Origin: Eledone cirrhosa
Lineage: Eukaryota
Assembly (NCBI GenBank): GCA_964016885.1
Contig: OZ024751.1
Coordinates: forward strand, 43,028,001 to 43,092,000
Reading direction: 5' to 3'
DNA: 64,000 nt
In this document: in pieces, positions 1 through 14,819 of the stretch
How the letters are laid out: every line of letters begins with the position of its first letter
Position numbering within the stretch: position 1 is the first letter of the stretch
Translations under genes and position numbers: made by a program
The notes under the pieces: generated by a model
What the model was told of the DNA's origin: nothing
Databases searched by the model: none
Seen by the model: only the letters and a program-made list of their open reading frames with translations

Positions 1-3
1 CAG

Positions 4-54
4 GGCTTCCTGATGATTTCTCCCGAATGAAACAGATCTAGTCCTGTAGAAGCC
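4..54 (+). ncRNA. Type I hammerhead ribozyme motif, family A
   Basis: GGCTTC-CTGATGA-tTTC tccc GAAt-GAAA-CAG atctagtc CTG-TA-GAAGCC: intact core, stems I, II and III pair. Confidence 0.8.
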
Positions 55-150
55 ATTTCTATATTATATATATATATTGGGGGTTTATCGAAGTCATATG
101 ATTATACGACAGCAAAACGGGTTGATATGTCTTGGTTAACCCGATCAACA

Positions 151-520
151 AATAATTGTTTCTACTTTAGGCACAAGGCCAGCAATTATCCCAGTACATT
201 ACTGGTACTTTATTTTATCGACCCCGTAAGGATGAAAGGCAAACTCAACCTCGACGGGATTTCAACTCAGAATGGCAAGGGCCGTAACTCTATGCGTCAA
301 AGCATGGTGTCCGACCCTTTACCGATTCTGCCAATCCACCGCCCCGATCAACATATAATTGTTTCTACTTTAGGCACAAGGCCAGCAATTACCCCAGTGC
401 ATTACTGGTACTTTATTTTATCGACCCCCGTAAGGATGAAAGGCAAAGTCAACCTCGGCGGGATTTGAACTCAGATCGTAAAGGGACGTAACTATAACTC
501 TACCGATACTGCCAATCCAT
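151..520 (-). mobile_element. Two tandem tRNA-derived SINE copies (Meta/MESC-like central domain)
   Basis: Reverse strand has A-box-like TGGCAG(A/T)ATCGG, B-box-like GAGTTCAAATCC and GCCTTTCATCCTTACGGGGTCGATAAAATAAAGTACCAGT; same unit recurs many times in the window. Confidence 0.8.
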
Positions 521-639
521 AATGATACATGAATTGGGTTCGCTGCTCCTGGGGGACAGTTAATAATTGGAAAGGGGTGTGAAATGTATTTTGAAATAGC
601 TGTGAACAGACAGCAAAGACTATAAAGGGATTGCAAACG

Positions 640-1178
640 ATTGATGATGAAGATGATGATGGTGATGATGATGATGAAGAAGAAGAAGAAGAAGAAGAAG
701 AAGAAGAAGAAGAAGAAGAAGAATTTTAGAAAAAAAAACAATGACGAAGAAAAATATATGAACAACGACAACAACAACAACAACAACAATAATAATAATA
801 ATTAAAAAAATAATAATAATAATAACAACAACAATAATAACAACAACAACAACAATAAGGATAATAATGATAATAATAATAACAATAATAACAACAACAA
901 CAATAATGATAATAATAATAACAATAATAACAACAACAACAATAATGATAATAATAATAACAATAATAACAACAACAACAATAATGATAATAATAATAAT
1001 AATAATAATAACAATAATAACAACAACAACAATAATGATAATGATAATAATAATAACAATAATAACAACAACAACAATAAGGATAATAATGATAATAATA
1101 ATAACAATGATAACAACAACAACAATAAGGATAATAATTATAATAATAATAACAATAATAACAACAACAACAATAATG

Positions 1179-1218
<40 letters not shown>

Positions 1219-1318
1219 TAATAACAACAACAACAATAATGATAATAATAATAACAATAATAACAATAATAACAATAAGGATAATAATGATAATAATGAA
1301 AACAATGATAATAATAAT

Positions 1319-1354
<36 letters not shown>

Positions 1355-1360
1355 AATAAT
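640..1360. repeat. Compound trinucleotide microsatellite (GAT/GAA/AAC/AAT)
   Basis: Direct reading; explains the poly-I/V/L/Y/C ORFs. Confidence 0.95.
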
Positions 1361-1699
1361 GGGACGAAAAAAAAAAATGAAAGAAAAGCAGAAGCGTGTG
1401 AAGTTGAAGGAGAAGAAAGTTGAATGGCGGTAAAGAATGTGAAGAATGGACGCTCTGACATGGCGGTCCATAGAGAAAGTTCAATGAAATAGTACTTCAC
1501 ATCTTAAGTGGATGTATAAAGAAAGAAAAATCGATAATATCGGATGGCAGCAGTGTTAAGCAAGAACTGAGAAACGTGGCCCACATGACGTCAGCAGATA
1601 TCAACAACCATTTACAAACTGACTTAGTATTGTGGGAATGTAAACATATGGCCGATGGCTTTTGTCGTCCATTGTTTTTTTATAAACTATATAAACATG

Positions 1700-1734
1700 T
1701 TTCTATATATGTATGTGTATGTTTGTGTGTATGC

Positions 1735-1791
<57 letters not shown>

Positions 1792-2256
1792 TGTGTGGAG
1801 TATGAGTGTGTGGAGTATGTGTGTGTGTGTGTGGAGGGTGTGTGTGTGTGTTTAGTGTGTACGCGTGTGTAGAGCGTGTGTGTGTGGAGTGTGTGTGTGG
1901 GGGTGGTATGTGTGCGGGTGTGTGGGGGGGGTCTGTGGGGGTGGAGTGTGTGTGTGTGTGTGAGTGTGTGTTGTGTGTGTGTGTGTATGAATATGTATAT
2001 ATGTATGTATGCATATGTATTCATATGTATATATATATATATATGTATTAATATATATATATATGTGTGTGTATGAATATGTATATATGTATGCATATAT
2101 ACATGTGTGTGTGTGTGTGTGTGTGTGAGTGAGTGTGTGCGCGTATACATATATATACATACATATCTAAATGTATATATATATGTATACATATACGTAT
2201 ACTTGTACAGATATGTACGTACGTACATACATACATAATACATATGTAAACATACA

Positions 2257-2322
<66 letters not shown>

Positions 2323-2490
2323 CCATCCCTCTCTCAATCTTTCTTTATCACTCCCTCGCCCTTCTCTCTTTCTCTCCCTCTCATTTTCGCTCCCTCTCCT
2401 CTCACCTCACTCTCTCCTCTTCTCTCACTCTCCCCCTCTCTCTCAATCTCGCCTTCTCTCACATCTCTCTTTCTCCCTGTGCGTGTGTGT
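1700..2490. repeat. Compound (TG)n/(TA)n/(CT)n microsatellite block
   Basis: Direct reading. Confidence 0.95.
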
Positions 2491-2687
2491 AATATATTAA
2501 ACATAACATATCAATACAAGGGAAGTAACACAATATTTTACAACAAGAGTTTACTGCCCTTGCAAGCCTAGAAAAATCATTAGCTTAACAGTTTTTTCAA
2601 TGATTATAATCATTGTTGATGTTGTTGTCGTTGGTGTTGTGGTAGTTGTTTTTGTAGCCGATGTATGTATATACGTATGCTATCTAC

Positions 2688-2722
<35 letters not shown>

Positions 2723-2924
2723 CTAATGAACAATGTAAATTCTCTGTGAGAGAAGGTATCTTATAATGTAATGTAATAAGTTAGAATATTACTAGGGCTT
2801 GAAGACAATTGAAATTCTCATGGATTGTACCAATATTGGAACGAAATTGGGCGTCAGCTTGAACTATGGGTTATACCTATTAGTCAATTTAGTGCCCCAT
2901 ACTTTGAGAAAAAGAGACAATAGA

Positions 2925-3020
2925 TATTGTTTAGTACAGCCAAACCTGACGGCCAAGCTTAAACCGTTTCATTTAGAAACGGTTTAAGCTTGGCCGTAAG
3001 GTCTGGCTGTACTAAACAAT
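2925..3020. repeat. Hairpin containing the 3' half of a hammerhead (GAAA-stem III-TA)
   Basis: TATTGTTTAGTACAGCC...TTTC attta GAAA CGGTTTAAGCTTGGCCG TA AGGT...GGCTGTACTAAACAATA. Confidence 0.55.
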
Positions 3021-3170
3021 ATGGTCAGGTCACCAGTTGGTGCTACTGGTAACATGTATCCCAGTACAACCTGTCCCATGGTCGGGTCGTTGGCGACTAA
3101 ACTGGCAACCCCACCAAGGTTTCTTGGTGAGGAGGGTGACTTTGGACATCCTGCAGGACTAAAAATATAT

Positions 3171-3912
<742 letters not shown>

Positions 3913-4028
3913 AATCCGCATGCACAATAATTTTACTACTTGTTTTGAATCCATTAATAGAGGAGTTAAGTTTAAAAAGCATCGTAATAGAAACAACACC
4001 TTCTTAAACAAACTTAACTCCTCTATTA

Positions 4029-6113
4029 ATGGACAAAACTAATAACATATACAGCCTAGATTATGATACATATAGAAAGTTTATATATAATGAGCTACAC
4101 AAGAGCTACAAGAAAACTACTATGAAAAACCTAGAAGATATTAATTTGGAAGGCCGTAATATAGTGTCAAAACTGGGACTTCAGAGACATACACAACCAT
4201 ACACCCCGAACCCCCCAAGATTCTCTCTGAAGGACCGTAAGGAGGATTTCATTAGTAACCCTTCGATTAGACTAATCTGCCCTTCCAAGTCTGACATTGG
4301 CATTATCAGTAAGAAAATTTTAGATAAAATCATCCCACAGATTAAACACAAAATATACCTTAAACAGTGGGGAAATACGGGTGAAGTTATTGAATGGTTT
4401 AAGGATATCAAGGAAAACAAAAATAAAAAATGTATTCAGTTTGATATCAATTCATACTACACCTCTATTTCCCCTATCCTATTAAATAAGGCACTAATTA
4501 TGGCCATGAACAATAGTGACCTGACTAGACCCCAGATTGATGTCATACTTGCGGCCCATAAAACCGTATTCACTTTTGAAGATCAGTTATGGATCCGCAA
4601 GGATACGCATAACAACTTTGACATTACTATGGGATCTAGTGACTCGGTGCAGGTCACTGATTTGGTGGGCCTATACCTACTAAACGAAATCCATAAGGAC
4701 CTACCATACCTCAACGGTGGATTGTACCGCGATGATGCACTACTCCTATAAAAAATTTAATATAGAAAGAACTAGGAAACTATTGCATAAGACTTTCAAA
4801 AACTATAACCTAAGTATCACCATAGACAAAAACACTAAAAACGTTAACTTCCTTGATGCCACCCTTTACCTAGACTCTAAAATATATACACCATTCCATA
4901 AACTTAACGAAAAATTAATTTACGTAGATACCAAGTCTAACCACCCTAGATCAATATTAAACTCTATCTCTAAAGGAATATCCAATAGAATCTCTAATCT
5001 ATCTTATGAGGAAACCATATTTAGCAAAAACTCACAATACTATAATCAGGCATTAGCTAGATCAGGCCATAATAATGAGATCGAGTTCCTACCTATAAAA
5101 ACACATAGTTACAACATTATCTCTCATAATATGTCCATGAGGAAAAATAGTAATAAGAGTAATAACCACACACACACACTAATACGAAGGGTAGCAACAA
5201 ACGTAACTCACACCAGAGAAGACACCAAAATACCATAAACGGAAACACCTCAACAGATATAAAAACAAAAATAGAAGAAGAACTAATACATCCCCCCCTC
5301 CCTCCCCCTTCAATCTAAACGTCTCTACCAACCTACCTAAGGCTTTCTTCTCACTCCTGGATAAAAACTTCCCAACTGGCCACAAGTACCATAGTCTTAT
5401 AAATAAAAACACCATTAAAATCTCCTACTCTACCACGCCTAACATAGCATACCACATAGCTAGTAGCAATAAAAGAAAGTTTAATACTTACTTTCAACAA
5501 ACTAAAACACAGCAGGGGGTAAACTTTCAAAACAACGTAATATCTGCAAACCCTGATATCAATAGTAATAATAGTAATAACACTAATGAAATCAATAACA
5601 TTGGGAGCGACAACCCCCATAGCCATAATGCAATACCTAGCAACCAGACTTCTACACAACATAATAACCGACAGGTTAACATTCAAAATAATTGTAACTG
5701 TAGATCTAATAGAACCTACCCTTTAGATAAAAACTGCTTAATCAAGGACATCATGCACGGTCAGAACTAGCAACTCTTCTGAAACCTATATAGGCTCTAC
5801 TTCGAACTGCTTCAAAACGAGATACAACTCACATCTCCATTCTTTCAAAAACCACAGTCTAGCCAACTCCACTTCACTATCTAGCTACATACACTATCTG
5901 AAAACTAGAAATAGATCACATACACTTCAACGGGAAGTGATAGGTAAGGCGGCATCGTACAGACCACCTAATAAATTCTGTAACCTCTGTCTACTAGAGA
6001 CCCATACTATAATCTTCTCGAACCTTAACCTCCTTAATAAAAAATCGGAAGTGTTTGCGTCGTGCCAGCACCGCTTCCGGCACTCCTTCCAAAACTTTAA
6101 ACCCAATATATAA
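4029..6113 (+). pseudogene. PLE reverse transcriptase + GIY-YIG endonuclease, several frameshifts
   Basis: DKTNN, FDINSYYTSI, TMGSSDS, GLYRDDAL, VNFLD, SNHP; then CNCR..PLDKNCL, TYIGSTSNCFKTRYNSH, FCNLCLLE, LLNKKSE..CQHR, stop at 6111-6113. Confidence 0.85.
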
Positions 6114-7572
6114 CAATGTCAGACTTGAACCCATCACCGCTTCTAACACCACACCTCAAGGGCGTGCCTTACACCACTACACCACACTCTCTGATCTAAC
6201 CTTCCCTCGACACAAATCATTCTATCTATCTATAACTTTATACCCTAGAAATACCCCATAAACACCAACTTTTAATATAATTACTTTCAATTACTTATAA
6301 TTATATAGTGATAGAAATATAATACAGTCTATATAAACTTTAAATACTAGATACGGCAGTGAATTATATATGCAATTGTAATTAAATGTATGGAGTAATA
6401 ACATTAGATTTATATAGGATTAATTTATTAACATAAGGGATCTGTCTAACTTATATGTAGAGTGGTGTAATGAATTATATTTGAATTATATATGCATGTA
6501 TAACTTGATGGATAGATTAATGACATTGTAAATGAGGTATGTATTTGTCTACCCAAGAGATGTATTTGGTTTTGTCATGCAAACAGCCGTACGCTGCTCC
6601 ATAACTTACCAGGGGTTATGTAGACAAAATTCTAATGGGTCCTCTGATATGTTTTAAGAGTAGACTGTATTTATAGTGAACTTTGATATAAAGATATGGC
6701 ACTTTGTATGGAAAATTCAATTATAGCACTATATAATAAAGAGTAATCAACTTCCTATAGATACCTTTAATACATTATGATAGAGTAGACTGTATTTAAA
6801 ATCGAAAATTAGATATAAATATATAACCTTTTATATAAGGGACTCAATTGAGGCACCATATAATGTATGTTAGAACAATGAATTTAGTTATGAGAATCAG
6901 CTAGTTACCTCCCCTTACGCATTAACTCCCCTTAGTTACACACCTACTTCCGGGTAATAAACCACTGTAAATTCTCGCAGCAGAAAGAACCTATTCTATA
7001 AATATGGATTAAATAACACTGAGCCTCAATACGCTACAATAATTTAATGCATCAAACATTCAATACGGAATCATCGTAACTTATGTGATGGATGTAAAAA
7101 TATTTCTTCCTTTTTCTGAATGTGAAAATGGTGGTAGATGCGAAAACTATAACTTTCTTCTTCTTTTTCTTTTTCTGCACACATACTTTTTTGATCTATA
7201 CAAAAAATACCCTACCACTACAACCACCATAATACTCTTGCTTACCCGCTTAAAGTGCTTGCATTACATGTAACACCTTGCCAGACAATAATCGTATATA
7301 AGTGAGACACACTTGCATGCTCCATGTGTAACTAACGCATACACTACCTACTAGATCTGACTATCAAACTATCCTCTTGCATTATCTGTGTTATCTGCCG
7401 AATGTATTTTAATTTTAATTTTAATTTTGATTTTGATTTTGAATTTGAATTGCTGTACAAATATAGCATAGTATAATATATGTCACTCCACTGTACATCA
7501 ATATATATATATATGTATCTGTATGTCTCTTGCGTTGGATAGGAGGTCAATTATATGTACAAACATTGAAAA

Positions 7573-7621
7573 TTGCTCCGAAGAATCCAAGCCTAGGTTT
7601 GGATGAAACAATTGTAAGTGA
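7573..7621 (+). ncRNA. Decayed hammerhead in the putative 3' pLTR of the PLE
   Basis: TTGCT-CCGAAGA(U4C)-ATCCAA gcctaggt TTGGAT-GAAA-CAATTG-TA-AGTGA. Confidence 0.6.
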
Positions 7622-7932
7622 ATAAATGCTTTGAACATAGCTTTGATTCTTGTGAATTCTATATAACTGCTCTGTAGAACAACTGATGTTATTACATTGA
7701 GCTATTTATCTTACTGGTAATATGGTAGTAATAAATTACTGACCTTCCCTGTTTATGGTTTAAAATATACATAACTATAAATAGTATCCTTAATATTATA
7801 TATAGAGAGAAGACGGAGAGAAGTGTATCTGAGAAAATATGCATAATATATATATATATTTAGTAAATTATGCATATTTTCTCAGATACACTTCTCTCTG
7901 TCTTCTAATTTCACTCTCTCTCTCTCTCTATC

Positions 7933-7971
<39 letters not shown>

Positions 7972-8024
7972 CCTTCTATCTCTCTCTCTCTCTATCTATC
8001 TCTCTCTATCTATGTATCTATCTA

Positions 8025-8079
<55 letters not shown>

Positions 8080-8081
8080 CG

Positions 8082-8144
<63 letters not shown>

Positions 8145-8822
8145 GCTCTCTTCACAACTAATTTCATGAGCATAATTACAGGTTTGCATTCATAACTTGA
8201 AATTTAAATCATAAAAAATCTGTATTTCAAAGGAAGGCAGAAAAACGCATTTGACATTCAAACAGCATAGAATATGCAGCTGTACATATAAATAGCATCA
8301 CAGCCTTCCCCATCTTCTCCCAACCTCTTTTGCTTTACTAAGTACTGCCCGGGGGTGGAGGGACAGACAGCTGACTAAGTTTTCGACGAGATATTTTAGC
8401 TAGTACTCTATATTACACCTCAGAACACCCTGTGAATCACACATTCGGTGTGTGTCTGTCTCTGTGTGTGTTTTGTGTATTTCGTGTATTTTGGGTGTGT
8501 GTATAGATATATATAGATATTTATATATATATATGTATATATATATATATGTATATATATGTGTGTGTATGTGTCTGTGTGCGTGTCTGTGTGTGTCTGT
8601 GTCTGTGTCTGTGAGTGTTTTGTGTATTTTGTGTGTGTATATTTATGTATATTTATATGTATATATAATATATATATGTGTGTGTGTGTATGTGTGTGTG
8701 TGTGTAACGTTTTGGACACTAGTTCTTCATCAGAATGAGTAATAAATGATGAAATAGAAAATTAGAAAGTGAGAAAAAGAGAAAAGGAAAACATATTTGT
8801 GGAGAAAAAGCGCGTGTGAGTT

Positions 8823-8902
<80 letters not shown>

Positions 8903-9025
8903 AAAGTTCTATTTAAAATTGTTGTTGGGATACAACAAGTAAATATTTTTATAACTGATATAAAGCACTCGACAAGTATTTGGATAGGGTACGTCAAAGC
9001 TTATTTGTAAAACTGTTATATATTG

Positions 9026-9090
9026 TATTTTGTCTGATGAAGGCATACCATAATTTAATTTGGTATCCCTGAAATATGTATAATGAAATA
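9026..9090 (+). ncRNA. Hammerhead ribozyme motif, family B
   Basis: TATTTTGT-CTGATGA-AGGcATACCA...TGGTATcCCT-GAAA-TATGTA-TA-ATGAAATA. Confidence 0.75.
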
Positions 9091-9129
9091 AATATGGTTT
9101 TATAAATATAGCTTCCATTTATTAATATC

Positions 9130-9182
<53 letters not shown>

Positions 9183-9227
9183 TAACAACAAAGAGCGCTT
9201 AGAACATAGGTATATCTTTAATTGCTG

Positions 9228-9265
<38 letters not shown>

Positions 9266-9607
9266 GGTAGTTAAGAGAGGATTAATTCACCATAATTGTT
9301 TATTGCATGATACATATTTCCGTTACATGGTTATCCATGTGTCTTCGTCAGATTCTTACGCAATCTTAGGTGTAGTCATTTGGCTAGGACCTGCTTATCC
9401 TCGGGAAGTTACAATGGAACAACTAAGACAAACAACTGACTTCTGCAATATATATAATAAGATAGTCTAGCGTGAAGCTTCAAAAACTTTCGACGCACCT
9501 CTGCAACATGGTCACTAACAATATTCCACTGCGGCAGTTGATAAATCAGTTACTTCCGAAGGTTTATGGGATGCCGAGGTAATGTGTCAGCGACCAGGTA
9601 TGTATAC

Positions 9608-9661
<54 letters not shown>

Positions 9662-9770
9662 CTGTTTGTATGTATGTATGTATGTATGTATGTATATATG
9701 TGTGTGTGTGTGTATATGTGTATGTATATACAAATACATATATATATATACATATATATATGTGTGTATG

Positions 9771-9834
<64 letters not shown>

Positions 9835-9876
9835 GGTGTGTATATATATATATACGTATATATATATATATATATA

Positions 9877-9920
<44 letters not shown>

Positions 9921-10328
9921 GTTGTGTATATATACTACTCAACAACAACAATGTCACCGACAACAACAACAACAACAACATGTACAACAACCACAGTAAC
10001 CACACCAGAAATTATCGGTTCCCAGGCACAGCTCACCACATATTGTAAGTGCAATGGTTTATTTTAGTGTGACCAAAATTGCGTAACAAGTTAATAATGG
10101 AGGCCGACCCTTTCAGCAATGGAGAGTTTTACATAATCATTGTAGTTAAGCCTAAATATTACTGAAGACAGAATGAGACTGCATATAGGGAGATAAAACT
10201 ACTTTTAAAATAGAAAGCAACTCGACATAGAGAATTAAGTTTACTTGTCCTTATATATTTTGAAATTATTTTCAGAAGGAGAACAAAAAAAAAAAGACGA
10301 ATATCAAAACTATAAAAAAAAGTTAAAT

Positions 10329-10462
10329 AATTGTTTCTACTTTTGGTACTTTTAGCACAAGGCCTGCAACTACCCCCAGTGCATGACTGGTACTTTATTT
10401 TATGAATCCCTCGTAGGGATGAAAGGCAAAGAAAGCCAACCTAGGCGGGATTTGAACTCAGA
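10329..10462 (-). mobile_element. SINE fragment (same family as 151-520)
   Basis: CACAAGGCC...ACTGGTACTTTATTTTA...GATGAAAGGCAAA...GGCGGGATTTGAACTCAG. Confidence 0.7.
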
Positions 10463-11106
10463 AAAAAAATTAATATAATATAAAACTATGTTATAAATAA
10501 TATATCCCCCCCCCCTCTCGGCCCCCATCCTACATACATCAAAGAAAAACACTCACTCCTTCACATTGTTAGGTAAATCTCTATGTAGTCATTAGACTCG
10601 CTAGAAATAACAGTCAAACACCACCTCTCCCGCCCAGTCTGATTAAACGTTGGATTAAGGAGGAGACGTTGGATTAAGTTAAGGAAATCAAAGACGATAC
10701 TCTTAATAGGACGCAGATGGAGTGTATGATGGAGTGTATCTCCATGTAGGTTTGATTTAATCAAGGGACGTACCAGTGCGCACAGAGACACACATACACA
10801 CACATACACACACACATACACTGACACACCTACACAGACACACACACACACACACATACACATACACATACACACATATGCAGACACACAGAGACACAGT
10901 GAGAAAACACACACACATACACACACACACAAACACACAGAGACAAACACAAACAAACACAAACGCATCCACACATACACATACACACACAATACATACA
11001 CACTCACACAAACAAAATCACACACACACTTATACAAACACAAACACACAAACACACAAACACACACACACATACACATATGCACACACACACACACACA
11101 CACACA

Positions 11107-11139
<33 letters not shown>

Positions 11140-11328
11140 TACAACCATATATTTCGGAGCCAAATTCTAAAAGGAATGACAACCAAAGTTTTATGAGGAA
11201 AAAATAATTCGTCCAAGATTGAAGAAATGTCTAACCGCAGCAACAATTTTATTATTGTTTAGGTAAGTAATGTTATATTAAGTAATATATATATGTATAT
11301 ATATACCTATATGTATCTATATATATAT

Positions 11329-11528
11329 AGGGAAAGAGTCAGGACCACAACGGCTGAGCTCCGTCCGTTTTGACAGCTAGATCCGAAAGCTTCGGATCTA
11401 GCTGTCGAAACGGCCGGAGCTCAGCCGTCGGGGTCCTGACTCTTTTCCTATTACCCACTCTACTACCCTAAGTATCGAGTACTCTGGTGCGTTATGGTCC
11501 ACCTGGTTCCATACCACACTTTCTTTGT

Positions 11529-11530
<2 letters not shown>
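11329..11530 (+). mobile_element. Family H asymmetric hairpin element between (TA)n tracts
   Basis: Inverted arms centred near 11390 (GATCC GAAAGCTTC GGATC), long arm continues TTACCCACTCTACTACCCTAAG; related copies at 25415, 26790, 27718, 28920, 47716, 48710, 51086, 57484. Confidence 0.75.
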
Positions 11531-11569
<39 letters not shown>

Positions 11570-11672
11570 GTAGGTCCCGGGTTGAGTCGGGGATAACCGC
11601 AGTAAGTAAGGTACTCAATACATGGCAGAGTAAAATTTTTTTATATTTTATAGAAGGAGCTTCTACAGGACT

Positions 11673-11725
11673 GAGCTTCCTGAAGATTTCATCTGAATGA
11701 AACAGTACTAGTCCTGTAGAAGCTC
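11673..11725 (+). ncRNA. Hammerhead ribozyme motif, family A
   Basis: GAGCTTC-CTGAAGA-tTTC atct GAAt-GAAA-CAG tactagtc CTG-TA-GAAGCTC. Confidence 0.8.
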
Positions 11726-11805
11726 CTTCTATAAAATAAAAATAAAAAAATATATATATATATATATAAACCTTTTAAGGAATTACATCAGTCCAGCCTG
11801 TTATT

Positions 11806-11850
<45 letters not shown>

Positions 11851-12037
11851 ATTTACATATACATAAAGTCATAGATATATATGCTGCAACGGGTCACTTT
11901 GTGGCTTAATGAAGAATTAATAAACTAAATAATCGGAGCAATATATCATAAATCATGTCCTTAGAATTATTAGATAAAATATATACCAGTATATATTTGG
12001 TATATATTTTATCTAATAATTCTAAGGACATGATTTA

Positions 12038-12114
<77 letters not shown>

Positions 12115-12117
12115 TAT

Positions 12118-12229
<112 letters not shown>

Positions 12230-12540
12230 GGTAACAACTTATCGTTATAGGTAATCCAGTTAGAGGTTGTGAGTACTTTGCGTCGTGGATAGTTTATTTA
12301 TATACATATATATATAGTAATAATATATATAGTAATAATATATATAGTAATAATATATATATAGTAATAATATATATAGTAATAGTATATATATAGTAAT
12401 AATAATAAATGTGAAGACTAAAATCCAAAGAGGGCTCGATAAGGATAAATATATATCAAATATATAAGAACCCTAGTGCAAATATTTATTAAGGGTGAAA
12501 GCAGCGAATCTTTGCTTAAACTTTAATCTGTTATTTTAAT

Positions 12541-12580
<40 letters not shown>

Positions 12581-12793
12581 TTCAATCACATATATTTTTA
12601 TTGTTTGACCCGAACTACTTGGTCGTTTCTTTGGCTGTGCGGATGTTTGTTTAACCATCGTCTCAGTGTGTTTGGCCATTAACGTATGTTGTAACTCTGG
12701 TTCATCTGAATCATTGAGCGCTTGCCACACATCTCGGAGGTTGTTTTTCGTTAATTCCTAAGCCGAAGTACGATTCTCGCTAATTTATATTTA

Positions 12794-12828
<35 letters not shown>

Positions 12829-12830
<2 letters not shown>

Positions 12831-12987
12831 AAGGCGGGTAAAATTCCCGAGATCCATGGACGAGTTCTCTCCAGCGGTCTCTGTCCCTCATTATCGCTGC
12901 CATGTCCTGCGTCTCCAACAGACCAGTGTCTGTCCTTAGGGCATCAACATACGTTAACCTTGGTCTTCCTCTTCTAGTGTGTCCATG
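12829..12987 (-). mobile_element. RTE-like LINE 3' fragment
   Basis: Translation RRGRPRLTYVDALRTDTG...RDRDRWRELV typical of RTE-clade C-termini. Confidence 0.7.
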
Positions 12988-13610
12988 TATATAGTGTGTG
13001 TGTGCCCCCGGCATTCGCGGTCGCAGTTATTCGCGGAAAATTTCCTTAGAATCTAAATAATAATTGTTCGTGGAAACCACCGCATATTCGCGGAATCGTT
13101 AATATCTTCCGTGATATTTATGGCTGTTTTTGTGGAAATATATGTGTTTTTTAACGCTAAGTTATTAATAACAATATATGCTGTATTCGCCGGTGTATTG
13201 GACACCCTGTGTGTGTGTGTGAATTTATGTGTATGTTTATTTGTGTGTAAATTTATGTGTATGCTTGTTTGTGTGTGAATGTATGTGTAAGTTTGTGCGT
13301 GTTTTTGAATATATGTAAATGTTTGTGTGTGTGTGTGAATGTATGTGTATGCTTGTGTGTGTGTGTGTGAATGTATGTGTATGTTTCTGTGTGTGTGTGT
13401 GAATATATGTAAATGTTTGTGTGTGTGTGTGTGAATGTATGTGTATGTTTGTGTGTGTGTGTGTGAATGTATGTGTATGTTTGTGTGTGTGCGTGTGTGT
13501 GTGAATTTATGTGTATGTTTATTTGTGTGTGAATGTATGTGCATGTTTGTGTGTATTTTTGTGTGTGAATGTATGAGTATGTTTGTGTGTGAATGTGTGT
13601 GTGTGTGTGT

Positions 13611-13706
<96 letters not shown>

Positions 13707-14014
13707 ATATGTTTCTGTATATGTCTATGTGTGAGAGTGTTTATATGTATATAAATAAATGAATAAATAAACGAATAAACATGGCTGACGAAAAGAAAAG
13801 ATGAAAGATAGTCGGCAAAGAAAGGAAAGAAAGAAAGCATGCATAGAAGATAACAAAAGTGAGACAGGCTTAAATTTGCTGTAAGCATCAGTTTGGTCAC
13901 GTGACTAAAATATTGTGCAGAGCAGAAAAGATGTCAGGTTTAGAAAGACAAAACAACTTTTGCAAACGATTACCCATATCTATTCTTTTGTTATTTTACT
14001 GTTTTTTAACTACT

Positions 14015-14762
14015 GCAGAGTCGGTAGAGCGTCCAAAAACATGCTTTGTGGCATAGAGTTACGGCCTGTTACGTTCTGTTACGTTCTGTTACGTCCTGAT
14101 TTCAAATCCCGCCGATGTTAGCTTTGCCTTTCATCCTTACAGGATCGATAAAATGAAGTACCAGTAACGTACTGGGGTCGATTTAATTGACTTTCTTCTC
14201 TCCCCGCAAAATTGTTGACCTTGTGCCTAAATTAGAAACCATGGCAGTATCGGTAGAGAGTCGGACGCCATGCTTTGCAGCAAAGAGTTACGGCCCTTTA
14301 TCGTCCGAGTTCAAATCCCACCGAGGTTAACTTTGCCTTTCATCCTTACGGGGGTCGATAAAATAAAGTACCAGTAATGCACTGGGATAATTGCTGGCCT
14401 TGTGCCTAAATTAGAAATAATTATTATTATTAATATTAAATAAATAAAATTTAAAAAGAATAAAGAAAGAAATCATTATTATTATTATACCCCCACTGTC
14501 CCTGTCTTTGTATTGTCCCCTACATGTCGGCCCTTGTGGCTAATAAATGAAATCATTATTATTATTATTATTAAGGGCGATGGATTGGCAGTATCGGTAG
14601 AGGGTCGGACGCCATGCTTTAACGCATAGAGTTACGGCCCTTGTCATTCTAGGTTCAATTCCCGCCGAGTTTAACTTTGCCTTTCATCCTTACGGGGTCG
14701 ATAAAATAAAGTACCAGTAATACACTGGGATAATTGCTGGCCTTGTGCCAAAAGTAGAAACA

Positions 14763-14819
<57 letters not shown>
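14015..14819 (+). mobile_element. Cluster of three tRNA-derived SINEs with (TTA)n tails
   Basis: Copies at about 14015-14240, 14242-14420 and 14575-14762, each with A/B-box-like motifs and the central domain. Confidence 0.8.

Larger units (their letters stand above)
3975..7790 (+). mobile_element. Penelope-like retroelement (Neptune-like), 5'-truncated and frameshifted
   Basis: RT then Cys-rich linker then GIY-YIG in successive frames, long 3' UTR and decayed hammerhead at 7573-7621; right boundary approximate. Confidence 0.8.

Noticed and set aside
9310-9345. Hammerhead-like motif on the minus strand (CTGACGA...GAAATATGTATC)
   Set aside because: Stem I pairs only about 2 bp; too decayed to call
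11200-11258. Possible upstream exon ending AG|GTAAGT
   Set aside because: Donor-like site only; no acceptor or coding evidence
12585-12790. Hammerhead in the repeat family also at about 34005 and 41590
   Set aside because: The repeat is real and TA-flanked but no CTGANGA/GAAA core with stems was found
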